A stretch of DNA of 64,000 nt from Botryllus schlosseri (lineage: Eukaryota): assembly GCA_051294905.1 (NCBI GenBank), contig CM119378.1, positions 248,001 through 312,000 of the forward strand, given 5' to 3'. The position numbers and the translations under genes were made by a program. The notes under the pieces were generated by a model. It was not told where the DNA came from. It was given only the letters and a program-made list of their open reading frames with translations, and made no database searches. This document shows positions 49,801 through 61,479 of this stretch, one piece after another. Position 1 is the stretch's first letter; every line of letters begins with the position of its first letter.

Positions 49801-52800
49801 TTCTTTACATGAAGCTATTCGTGACCTCCTATATCTGCTATGTCAGGAGATATGGAAATCGTCAAAACGTACCAAACTAAAAGACGCACATGATTTCATA
49901 TTGGTATTTCTTTACTGGCAGATAATTTTTCCTGGCGGGATGGCATTTGTCCTGTAGGGTTAAGGTCGCCAGGACAGTAACATTCGATCCCAGCCATTGA
50001 GACGCCTATGGACAATTAAACAAATATGTATATTGTATATATATCGAAGTTTTCGGTTACCACAAGGGCATTCCTTTCGGCCAAGGTCTTCTCGCTGCTG
50101 ATCGTTCTGGCACACTTCTCGGAGTCGCATGTTACATGGCCTCTAACTTCATATGTCTTGGTGCGCCGTGGCGCAGTAATGGCCGACGCCGAAGTCTCCC
50201 ATTTCCATAAACCATGCGTATTTTTGTTGGGTGACGGGGACCCCAACATTAAGATACATGAATATATTTAATCGCGCGCAACGCGAAAACTTTTGAAAAA
50301 GTCGCTTGAATTAAAAAAAAATTACTTTATCATTCATGTTAATTCACGAAATAAATTTGGGCTACTTCGATTTCGGGCCCCACTCCCAATTGGGGAGTTT
50401 GGGGTGCTGTAGTTACGTTCCCGACTCCAATATAGCCGTTTTAACGTGACATCGCCCCCTTCGTTGTTTTCGCCCCCCTCGCCTGTTTTCGCCCCCTATC
50501 GCCCCTTCGTTATTTTCGCCCCCTAGACCGCCAAATCGCCCCCTTGGGGGGGGGGGGGCGATATTGCCCACGTTGGGAACCACTGCTCTACGCGATTCTT
50601 CAAAAGGGACGCTGGAGGAAAAAAGGTTAAAGAAGCACTGGATTAGAATAATTAGGCTACAGCGAAATGCGAGTCATCTAATTCTAATTTAATTAGTAAA
50701 ATGTTTCCGTGCTCTCATTATGGCCTACTTCTAATCTAATTTCTTGTCTTCCTGAACATGCTATCACACAACTGTATCGTGCGCAACGAGCTAAGCTTGG
50801 TTGTTCCGACAATTGACCTTCTCAGGCTTATAAGCAGGGCTGCCACACCGTCCCTATTTTTTGTTTTGTCCTTATTTTGAAAGGTCAGGCTTAGAGAACT
50901 AAACTGTCTTTATTTTTAAGAAGTGTTCTCGTTTACAGCCTGCGTCCTTATTTTGTCTTATTTTCAACAACTTCAGAACTTCGATCGTTTCCTCTGGTAT
51001 TCGTATTGCATAATATTCTAAAATTGTGGTCTTGCGTCGTGATTTTATGATATCATAAATGAAAGGCACATCCGTGGTGTACAAGTACATATCACGGGGT
51101 TTGACTTCTAAGTGGTGAGGTAGCTATAGGGCATCAGCGAGTGGTACGGCCTTCGGAAGCTCAATACTCTAAAATCGTACAAACCCGGTTTCCGTGGCGA
51201 CCAACGCGTCTACTTCCTTCAGAAGACATTTCTTTCGCGATTGCAGTTCCGAGATGAAGCGTTCTATCGACTGTACATGAATATCGAAAATTTGGGAAAC
51301 AGGGACATTTGTGAAATCATGGGCGACCGACCTGCGATATTTCGTATTTCACATTCCTTCCATTTGCTTCCAACTTCTCTGCTCTCTCTCGCAAATCATA
51401 ATCTGATTCTGAAAGTTTGGTCACCAGTCGCCTGACCTAAAATTGGAGCAGACAAAGGCACTTTCGGAAGGGTTACGTATTTTTCGGTCCCACCTGAATG
51501 AGACTGTGCCGCAAATCTTTCTGCAAACCGCGTGTATGGCCCGCAATGCAACTTCCGCAGAGTGACTGATCACAGTGGTTGCACTTGTTCACATCACCAT
51601 TCTCCATTTTACATTCCTGATTTGGAAGGCGTAATCATAGTTCATAGTTCGACGAGTTATGAGAAACCATATTCGAGTTTCCAACCTTGCATTTTAAATT
51701 GAGCTTCTGTTGATCTGAGCGATCGAGGAATCTCACGATCGCCAAATTTGGTGGCAGACCTCTGACTCCATTCAAAGGGAGGTTATGGCAGGCGCGACAT
51801 TCGGGACAGCGGACACTGAATGAAGGTTAGATGAGTTCCGGCGCAGTACGTGTGAGCTCCCTGTTTCAGCCTATACATGCAACGGCTATTTTCGGTCAAA
51901 ATCTTGCTTAGGTTTGTACACTGTGATTTCATATGCTCCCATTAGCGATCACTTGTATAGTATAGTTACCAGTATAGGACTGCCATAACAATCATAAGTA
52001 GCCTATAGCCCAGGGGTTCTCAAAGGGTGGGCCACAAGAGCATTTGAGGTGGGCCAGCACAGAGCTATTTGGAAAATTTTAGAAATAATGTAAGTTTAGT
52101 ATTATTTGTTGTGTTAATCGCTAAAAAATAAATTCATATTAGTTGATTATACGTAGGCTACATTAAGCTTTTCATCCGACTCTGATGAGACGTAGTGGTA
52201 CGTATGGAGTTAGCATTTCAAGTCGAAAATGGGAGGCAGAAATGGCGGCTTTTTCCACTGGCTATGACTACCTATGGCTAACAGCAACTAAAATAATTTC
52301 GCGTATATAATACCTGAAAGGTAATGTTGGAGTAACCAAGTATTCCGGCTGGGTCATAATGTCGTATGCCGTTGAAAGGGGTGTGCAATAAACTTGGAAT
52401 GAAGTGTAATTGATGAATAAATTTATTGTACTGCGGCAGGTCGTATTATTGTAAGTTAAAAATGGCCATAATTGCAAATTATTAGCAACTTCTGGTAGAG
52501 GTATACTGCACCACCGCAACGAATAGTAATGGATTGAGGATTCAGCGGAGCGCATTAATATTTGGAGTCTGTTTAAAATGTCATGCCTGGAAATCAATGT
52601 ATTACATAATGTAAGAGTCACATGAATTGATAGTATCACTGGATGGAATATTCCGACATCGCAACTTCAGTTGGTTCAGTACGTGACATACAATGAACAT
52701 GTACATTGTACAGCATGCATAATATGAAAATCTTTCTCCACTCCTCGGTAGTACCCCATTCACCAATGAATTGTTTGAAGGTGGCCCAGAATGAATATAT

Positions 52801-53911
52801 TATTCCCTCAATAGTGGAACTGAAATCCCAATCACACAGTGTATGCGGGAATCCGATCATTGTGTTTCGCGAAGCGAATGGAGCAGCGGACAATCATAAA
52901 ATTCTCTGAAGTTTTAGCATATGATCTACCAGAGCCGTAACTGCCAAATCCAAACCCCCAATCGGGGGAGCTATAAGGGGCCCAAGATTAGAACAGGAAG
53001 GAACAGGATTATGACTTTAACATTAGAGTTGGGCCACAGCACATTTTCAAACCGGAAGATGGGCCACGGCCAAGAAAGGGCTGAGAACCCCTGCTATAGC
53101 CTCTTGAGCCAAGCTCATTCACCAATTTTGGTGATGGTTAACTGACTTTCGTTGGGGCTGTATATAATTTGTTAGCATGCTTGATTAAGCTGAATAAATA
53201 CATTGTATAGTACATTTCTGTGCTTTGATAAGGATTCGCAATCTCCAGTATGGCATATCGCGACTATTTAAGGCATAGCTGGGTCGGAAAGGTTGAAGCG
53301 CAAAGCATTTTCACTATTGCTGGATGGATTACTATTCTGTCATATACAGTGGAAAACGTGAATCACCTTGTATAAAAGGAAAACTGCACTATCTCGATCT
53401 TTGAAAATTTTAAAATGAGTCTTCACGAATGGCGGCCGTACAAACACGGCTACTTGCATCAATTATAGTTATAGCTGGACGCAATTCACCCACCTGAGCC
53501 GAAATAGCGTGACTCGCAGATATCTTGTCTGAAATGTAACTGCCTCATAAACCGAAACGAAATGCACGTTTGATTTGGTGATTACATGGGCCTGCAGTAA
53601 ATGTGGGGTTCTGAAGGAATCCATTCCACGTTGAATAAACTTTGCCTTGGGCCATACTAACAATGCTAGAATTTAATTTTAAAACTCGATATCGTGGCGC
53701 CTCAGCTATTCACGATAAACATTAGGGCCCAAAACCTGTTTATGGTTCTGATGCTACCAACCAATAAAATAAAAAGTCACCTGTTATTTTGGACGATATT
53801 CTCCAGGCAGGGTCTCGAACAGAAGGTGTGCCCACATGGTAACATTTTTGGTTGGTTGAAACGTTCCAAACACACCGGACACTCGAGACCTTCTTCAACA
53901 ACCCGCTCCAT
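46865..53911 (-). CDS. TRIM-NHL protein (RING, B-box-like, coiled coil, six NHL repeats; nhl-1-like), 12 exons, ~599 aa
   Basis: Exons 53911-53781, 51815-51686, 51616-51494, 51436-51332, 51270-51185, 49132-48919, 48863-48728, 48678-48606, 47827-47716, 47662-47470, 47414-47245, 47191-46865; all introns GT-AG with matching phases, total 1800 nt. [30 protein letters not shown]...[26 protein letters not shown] repeats FG..G...G...P.G......D..N.R.Q.F. Confidence 0.9.
49420..50585. mobile_element. hAT-type non-autonomous element in TRIM-NHL intron 5
   Basis: TIR cagtggttcccaac / gttgggaaccactg; TSD ctctaggc / ctctacgc; tcgcccc subterminal repeats shared with ~31020-31262. Confidence 0.85.
52011..53093. 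mobile_element. hAT-type non-autonomous element in TRIM-NHL intron 1
   Basis: TIR caggggttctca / tgagaacccctg; TSD ctatagcc. Confidence 0.9.
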
Positions 53912-55912
53912 TACAGATTATCGACTATTATTCACGATCCTAATTCCTAAACCTTCAGCACGTACAATTTGACAGCTTTATTTTGTACAATGAAACTAAT
54001 GAAGCAAATGAAACTTCTGAACACAGGGTCATCATGTATCAAGTAATTTTGGTATCCATAAACACAAGCGGTTCCTAAGCTTGTTCAACTTAAGGCGCAT
54101 TGGAAAGATGTTCAAATAATTACAAGCGAAAATAAATTTGCTATGAATAATTATTTTGAAGCAGGCGGCCAGAACTTATCCGATCATTTGACCTTTTCTT
54201 CCTCTTCTGCGGGAATTTCACATTTCACATCTGGAGGAGGTTCTGTTGCCATGACATTATCACTATGGATTATCGAAATCTGTGAGAAAATGACATGTTC
54301 ATGATGAATTGGGCTATCACGGGGGAGGCTTGGCCCATCACAATGTCTCATCTCTCATTTAATGCTATACTTTTGAACAATAAATATGTAAATTCCGATA
54401 TTTTAAGCATATAAATTCAAAATTAGTCAATCATGAACATCGATAGAAAAATTTTCACAATTTTATTTTACTCAACCTGATAACAGGTCATGCACAGCCT
54501 CACCCCTCACTTACCTCCCTCACCTCACATCCAGGCAAACTGCCAGCCCATACTATCACGACGTGGCAGATAACAGGCCACTCTATCGCCAAACCGGTAA
54601 TTAGTTTCATATCGTCTCTCGGTTATATTGAAGATGTTAGAGAGCATCAAGTCACATATACTTGTGTGCATCTCCTGTTTTAAGTATTGGTGCAATTCTT
54701 TTCCAAAATTTCACACCTGAGCATGTGTGGCGGCACACAGTTTAATAATCACTGATCTATACACTCTCGAGCCTAAATATTGACAAACTTTATAATTTGC
54801 TAAGCGGGGAGAAGCCGCTTCAATATATATTTACGCAAGCTAACTCACCAAACATGGGATGGGAAAGACTTAGTGATGAATAAACGTGATAATAATTAAA
54901 TACGGTACAAAATGTGATGGGGATTGCTTCACTAGATCTATATCCAGAAAGTGGGAAGTATTCTCCCCGATCCAAGTGGGTATAAACCACATGAATCGGG
55001 AATTACACGAAGGAATTACACGAGGCGTAACGGCACTAACTCAATCCCATGCTTGATTTGAATTTCCTGACGACCGTGGCGCACAAGGCCATAAATGCCG
55101 AAAAACACCACTCATGTTTGTGATAATAATAATAATAATATTAATAATAACTGAATCCCACAGGTGGTCAGTAACGCAGTATTTCTACTTTTTGAGGTAA
55201 TCAAGTAGTTTTTGGCTACTTCTGGTACTTGCTCAAGTAAATCAAATTCCGGCAACTTCTACTTTGTAATATTTTGTGATCTACTTACTTACTTTTCGAT
55301 ATTTTTAGTTTGTCAAGTAGAAGTAGTTTAATCCGCAATCATAAATATAGCCTGAGAAATTTTGGGCCTGTATCCAGGTAGTACCAACATTGAATTTTCA
55401 TAAAAAGTAAAGTAAAGCGCAGAATGTTCGTCGCGCTTCGCGCACACTAGATATGGAGTGACAAATATATGCTTTTACGATAGTATCGGTGAATATAATT
55501 TAGGTAACGGGTTGCGTGGTTCCGTTCACACCGCATAGCTGCCCATATGAAATCACAGTAAATATCGTTTGAATCTACCATTTTGCACACTAGCATTTAC
55601 CTAGCATGTCGTAATCTAGCAGCCCATGGCGTGTCGTAATCCGAAAAAGTGTACTCTGACTTTTTGAGCGTTAGACCTATTAGACCTAGCTGACCAAGGT
55701 TGAAACTTTCTGGACAAAAGACATGAAATATATTTTCCGATTTTTAGAAGTGATATTTGTATTTCTCTGTCAATTCCCAGTATCTTACTTTGAGTTCTAT
55801 TTAGTTTCAATTCTTTTGTCTGTAGCACATCATGTTGAAGTATAAAAGCAAGTGAAGTAGGCTAATGCCTCCATTTTTCGAAAATAAAGCTACATTGTAT
55901 GACCATGTATGG

Positions 55913-56770
55913 CAGGGGTGGGCAAAATTTTGAGCTCGTGGGCCGCATTCAACATCTGAATCCATTCGCGGGCCGCACTATATGTAATTGAGATCGTAAA
56001 CCAAAACGCAATATTGCTAGTATAGGATTATATAGTAAGGACATGGAGATAATGTATATGCTTATTTGAAACAAACCAAACATTGCTATGATGATATCGT
56101 ACACGCGCCAGAAACAATGGCGAGATTTCATAGGCTGGTCGACCTCAATAACCAATTTGTCAAAACTATAGAGATGAAAGTCTGTTGTCTCGATTCTTAG
56201 AACAGGATTGAAGTTTAAATCTGTGAGCAGCGATCTGTTCATAGATTTACTAATTCCGCTTTGGGCTCAGTTCCAGGACACACAATGCTGACAGCATCAT
56301 AACCATGTTAGCTCCAAACACGCTTCTACTATATGCGTAGATTTCGCGCCCCCTTATCGTCATATCACAAAACGCAACCAGGATGCTATAGCAAACCTAA
56401 CGGATAGTTTGGTGGCATGGGAGGTTACGACTATTGACGAGAGATTTTTTAATATGAAATTCATACTAAATAAAGAGCAATAATTATGAATTGAAAGTAA
56501 ATCGCGCGAAGCGCGAAAAAATTTTCAGTTGAGCTCAGCTTCGCGATCCCCTTCAGATGCTTTCATGACCCCAAGGGGCACGCGTCACCCAGGTTGAGAC
56601 CCACTGCTGTCTTAGAATTACCATGGTGAAATATACTAAGAAAAAGTTTAATCAAGTCCCTGCATTAATTCGATCAATATTTTTAATAAATTTCTTTAGA
56701 CTCTCGCGGGCCGCACAGAACGGTGTTGCGGGCCGCATGCGGCCCGCGGGCCGTAGTTTGCCCACCCCTG
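55913..56770. mobile_element. hAT (Buster/Charlie-type) MITE
   Basis: TIR caggggtgggcaaa / tttgcccacccctg; TSD atgtatgg. Confidence 0.92.
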
Positions 56771-56778
56771 ATGTATGG

Positions 56779-57212
56779 TCTCTTCGGAAAATCAAAGAAA
56801 CGTCCTGGATGGCTGCTACAGACAATTTTTGCGAAAATGGTACATGGAGGCTACACTCGAAAGGGAACTGATAACGCCTTCAAAATTAGCAATCAGAATT
56901 TTCATAGAATCTGTCGCATTGAAGACATCTCATCATTCATTGATCACCAACAAGCTAAATTTTTTGCACGCATAATTCGAAAACCTAATGACTGTGCCGT
57001 GAAGTCAATAACGTTTGAAGATGAAAGGAGAACGAAAGAAGGAAGACCGTCTGCAACGCTGATGAACAATGTTCTCAATCTGAACCAAACCGACATCAGG
57101 ACATTTTCAAAAGCAGCACTTTTACGGGAAATTTAATTTATAATTCAAATCTTTGATGCTCTCTTTTTTTTTGTGGATATCCATCATCTCGGTGATGGTG
57201 CTCTATAGTCTG
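56779..57212 (+). mobile_element. 3' end of an RTE-like LINE
   Basis: ...FKISNQNFHRIC...QAKFFARIIRKP...VKSITF...TKEGRPSAT...; 3' UTR tgatgctctctttt...ccatca..ggtgatggtgctct also present at ~772-830. Confidence 0.65.
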
Positions 57213-58315
57213 AACGCAGACAGAGCTAGACTTATATATATAGCCTAATTTGCAGCTTTTGACAGTATGTTCGAACAAATTACGACCGCTTTCACAACTA
57301 CTTATTTGCTTGAGTAGATTTTAATGTCAGTAAATTATACTTCTACGTCGAGTAGTTTTTGTACTTGTAATAAAGTAGATTTTTGCGCCACTACTTCTAC
57401 TTCTACGCGAGTAGCTTTCCTGACGACCTTGACCACCTCTTCTCAATACGTACAAAATGTCATCGATATTTACTGACGAAGGGTTCAAAATCCCTTCCCA
57501 CGATAACTACGAGTAAAGGGTTTCTACACGCACAGTTGAATTCACGTCAAAAATATAAACATACACTAGACCAGTGGTTCCCAAGCTTTTTTAACTCATC
57601 GCCCCCTTATCAAGCTCATCACAAATTTTCGCCCTCCCCCTAATATTCACGGATTCGAGAAAGAGGTCATATATATACGGGAAATTTATTCAATTTACTC
57701 CTGATCAGGTGAATCGACTAAAAAAGGTTTCCACGCCTACTTTCCGTTGAGTTGATCTTTTTTAGTCAACTTCCGCATCATATGCAGAATAAGCAGTTTT
57801 CACGTGCATGTTTTTGCCGTGGTAGTAATAGGGGGGGAGATGTGGTACCGATGAGACACTGGGACCGAAAATACTTAAAAAATTCTGTATGATAATCCCA
57901 TGACTATACTTTGTGAATTTGTCTACAATGGCATGCTGGCGGAATATTTCCTCACATGCAAAAACCTTCGATCTGCATGAGTTATGCATGGTGTCTCTGA
58001 CAGATGTTTCCTGTGTTGGGGGTGTAAAACAAATTTCGATGGACGTATTCATTTTTATTCGTAACATTGAACACGAACAAAGCTACAATAATTTTCAATA
58101 TGAAGTGTAGGGTTTGTATTAGGCTAATGGCACATATTTTTATCCAATACCATCCTTGCGCGGACTTTTTTTCAATTCAATTCAAATCAATTCAATTCAA
58201 ATACTTAATTTATACAGTTGAGCCAATGATACCATAGCCAAATCAAGCAAAATAGTTGGACTATAACTGGTCATTCAACAACTAAAACACGCCTACACAC
58301 ATAGCTGCTGTATTT

Positions 58316-59290
58316 TAGGGATGGTGTGAACCTCTGAATGGTTCAGGTTCGTGTGAACGCGAACCTTTTTGAAAGGTTCTGTGTGAACACGAACGTGAAC
58401 CTCGTGACGTCATATTGCTAATTCCAACCCTATCTTCCAATGAAGTGATAGGCTATATTAATGTACACGATACCACACAATGCCACAATGCTGAAGTATA
58501 TATCGGCGTTTTAAAAGTCGCTAAATGTATCAACCGCGGTAATCAAAGGATATAATAATTGCATAAAATCAATACATTCCGTCGCTTTGCCAACAATTTC
58601 GACGAGGACTTACCAAGGAATATAAGCTTACGCCTTAACGGTCTTAGCCAGACCGGACAATGTGTTCGGAGTCTGAGTATTGCTACATTGTTATTGAGTA
58701 GAGTGTACAACGGGTTTCTATACTCACTACCGATACCACAAACAACAACAAGTTTTGCAGCTGTAGCAAGCACCTTATTCGCATTGATTTGGTTTTAATG
58801 ATACAGTATAGATATGAAGTCAAGATTGACCCCGTACGCCCGTTCGATTTTTTACATCAGAAGACGATATCAATGTCATTGATTGGTTGAATAAGCATCA
58901 TTCGCTGACTACGTATATATCGCTCGTGATGTTGTGTGATTGCGGGTCAAGCTCACAGCAGAGAGTCACTACATATTCACAAACGGAAAGCTGGTTATTC
59001 CAATAAAGTTTTTACAACAAATCAAGTAAAACTTTTAAGGTTGCCGAGGTGCATGTTGCATGCTCGTTTAGCGTTGATTTTTTATGCTGCCAGCACCATG
59101 CATGAAGTGGCCCGCAGTTGAAATGCAATAAATTTTAGCCAAAGATCTTATAATGGAGTGAAAATTACAATTTACCAAAAGGTTCACAGTGCAGAACCTA
59201 TACCTAGGTTCTGTTGTGAACGCGAACCTCCAAATTTCCGAGGTTCACACACAGAACGCGAACGTCAACCTCGCGCTCACACCATCCCTA
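58316..59290. mobile_element. hAT-type MITE with GTGAAC/GAACC repeats
   Basis: TIR tagggatggtgtga / tcacaccatcccta; ctgtattt flanks the left end and recurs 4 nt after the right end. Confidence 0.8.
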
Positions 59291-61479
59291 TATACTGTAT
59301 TTAATAATTACCCGTGATGTTTTATCGCTATAATGAGCTATTTGGAAATCAAAATTTCGATTGACGGGCAATGTGTATGTACCCTCAAATTTGTAAGTTT
59401 ATATTTAAATCGAAACGCGATTCCATGGCAACATTTATGATATTATGTTTCTATTTTCTCGGCGGTTGCGATCAAACATTCTTTTTTGACTTGCTGTAGC
59501 TTAGATTATTTAACACGACAAGAAAAATTGAAAACTTCGTACGACTCACTGCATGCTGATGGCAGCGTGAAATTCAGCACTAAATGAGCATGCACCTCGC
59601 CCTATTCAAAATTTTTATTTGCTTTGTTGAGCAATGTTTGTATTCAGCTTTCCTCTGCGTGAATATTTAGTGACTCTCTGATGTGATATTGGCTTATCAA
59701 TGATTGACATCAACGATTAAATTGATGGAAAGAATGCATGTTGTCTAAACTAAAAGTATAGCAGGCGTACATCTATCTTGATTTGTAATTTATTTTATCA
59801 TGAAAAAACGAATACGCCCGAACCAGCTGCTGCCACCATGCAACATAATTTTGAGGTAGGCTAATGTATGCAGCAAGTACAGAAACCGGTATTTTACTCT
59901 GACCAATACTAATGTAGCAATAGTCTGACTTATCGACTCTCGAGAATACGTTGTCCGGTCTAGCCTAGTCCATGAAGGCGTAAATCCTCATCGAATGTCT
60001 TTCTGCCAACTCTACTTGAGCTCCCACTGAACAAGAAACCAGATTATTAACTATTGATGGCTACCATTTTACAAAACTTGACATACAAGACTCCTTTTGC
60101 TAGCTAGAGCATAGTTCCAGCCCGCGCTAGAAACCATAGTCTGTCTATGGCCTGACAGCAGCATCCTGTGCTGGCTGCCAGGAAATTGCGTCATCGATTA
60201 AATGCAGGACTGGAAATGAGCTGCATATTCAAACAGCCTCATATAAGGATTTGAGAATTTGTGGATTCAAGTGGAAAATTTGCGACACTTTTCGATTATC
60301 ATGAGGCTTTTCAAACAAGTTTCAGTCATTGCAATAAGTATGAAACTGGAGTTAACATTTCAGTCATTACTGGATTTCAGGGGAACAATATTAATTCATT
60401 AATTCAATTTGATACAATATTATCTCTGGACTCACTCGCATTGATATTGTAGACTCCCTAATCCATTTTAAGCACAATTTCTTATCCAAATCAAAAAGAG
60501 TCTTGGCGTGAAATGGTGCGCAGCGCGAAGAAAATTATTGATTTCAATTCATCTTCCCCGAAAATATTCCACTTATTGTTAGGGTTCTATCTCAGACATG
60601 GACAACTAGAAATTGTAGGGTTTTCCATATTAGACTAGAATTAGGATTTAAGTACACTTTTTTTCTGAATTAGAATTCGAACTTTGTATCAAATCACGAG
60701 AATGGCGAATGTCTGTACAGCAAGCCGTGCAGTTCTTATGTAGGTTTTTCAGGAAAACCAGAAATGAGAACCTAAAAACATTTAACAAATAAGTTAATCA
60801 GATTACTGGTATTTGGCTTCAATTAGTCTAATTAGAAAACTAGAATTAGGTAGTTGTCCAAAATACAGGATTTGAGAACACACGACGTTCGATCACAACC
60901 TTGTCTGTACAGTTTTTGGATTGAATTATCAATTAGAACACAAGTTATTATGTAGCAATAATTTTACCTACTCCATCCTACTTATATTTATTTACCTTAT
61001 ATATGATTTTAGTACTATGGTTCTTCTAAGAATATTTCCTTTCTCTCATCACATTCTACTTCGAACTCCCACCGCACCACTTGTACTATAACCATCAACT
61101 ACATATTGATAAGCTCCTTCCCACACCAAAACCCCATCACAATTTATCATGACCATCCACCAATAGATATCTTCTCATATAGACACATGATCCTACCCCC
61201 ACTATAAGATGTATTTCAATTTCATAAAAATTGTAACATTGTCCACACTTGCACCTTTATCAAACCAAGCACCAGCCTCATCCAACACCGACACGATCTT
61301 CTTTACGTTTCGTCCAGGAACCCGCATCCCGAACTACAAATACAATTATTTAAACATGAATCCGATTACACCTACCCACACACCCAGTCCTATTCCAATT
61401 TCCCATTCTACATCATGTTCTATCTAATATACCATAAACACTAACCATACGCTTACATTTCTATTCTAAAATACAGATA

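Larger units (their letters stand above)
55158..57441. mobile_element. Degraded MITE with TACTT/AAGTA subterminal repeats, hosting nested insertions
   Basis: caggtggtca start and tgaccacctct end; the right end resembles 29035-29203. Confidence 0.55.

Noticed and set aside
52182..52228. Hammerhead-like ctgatgagac...gtcgaaa
   Set aside because: No convincing stems I and III, and it lies inside a hAT element rather than next to the PLE.
54170..54990. Possible minus-strand exons upstream of the TRIM-NHL gene
   Set aside because: Splice-like sites exist but I could not build a consistent frame with a recognisable product.
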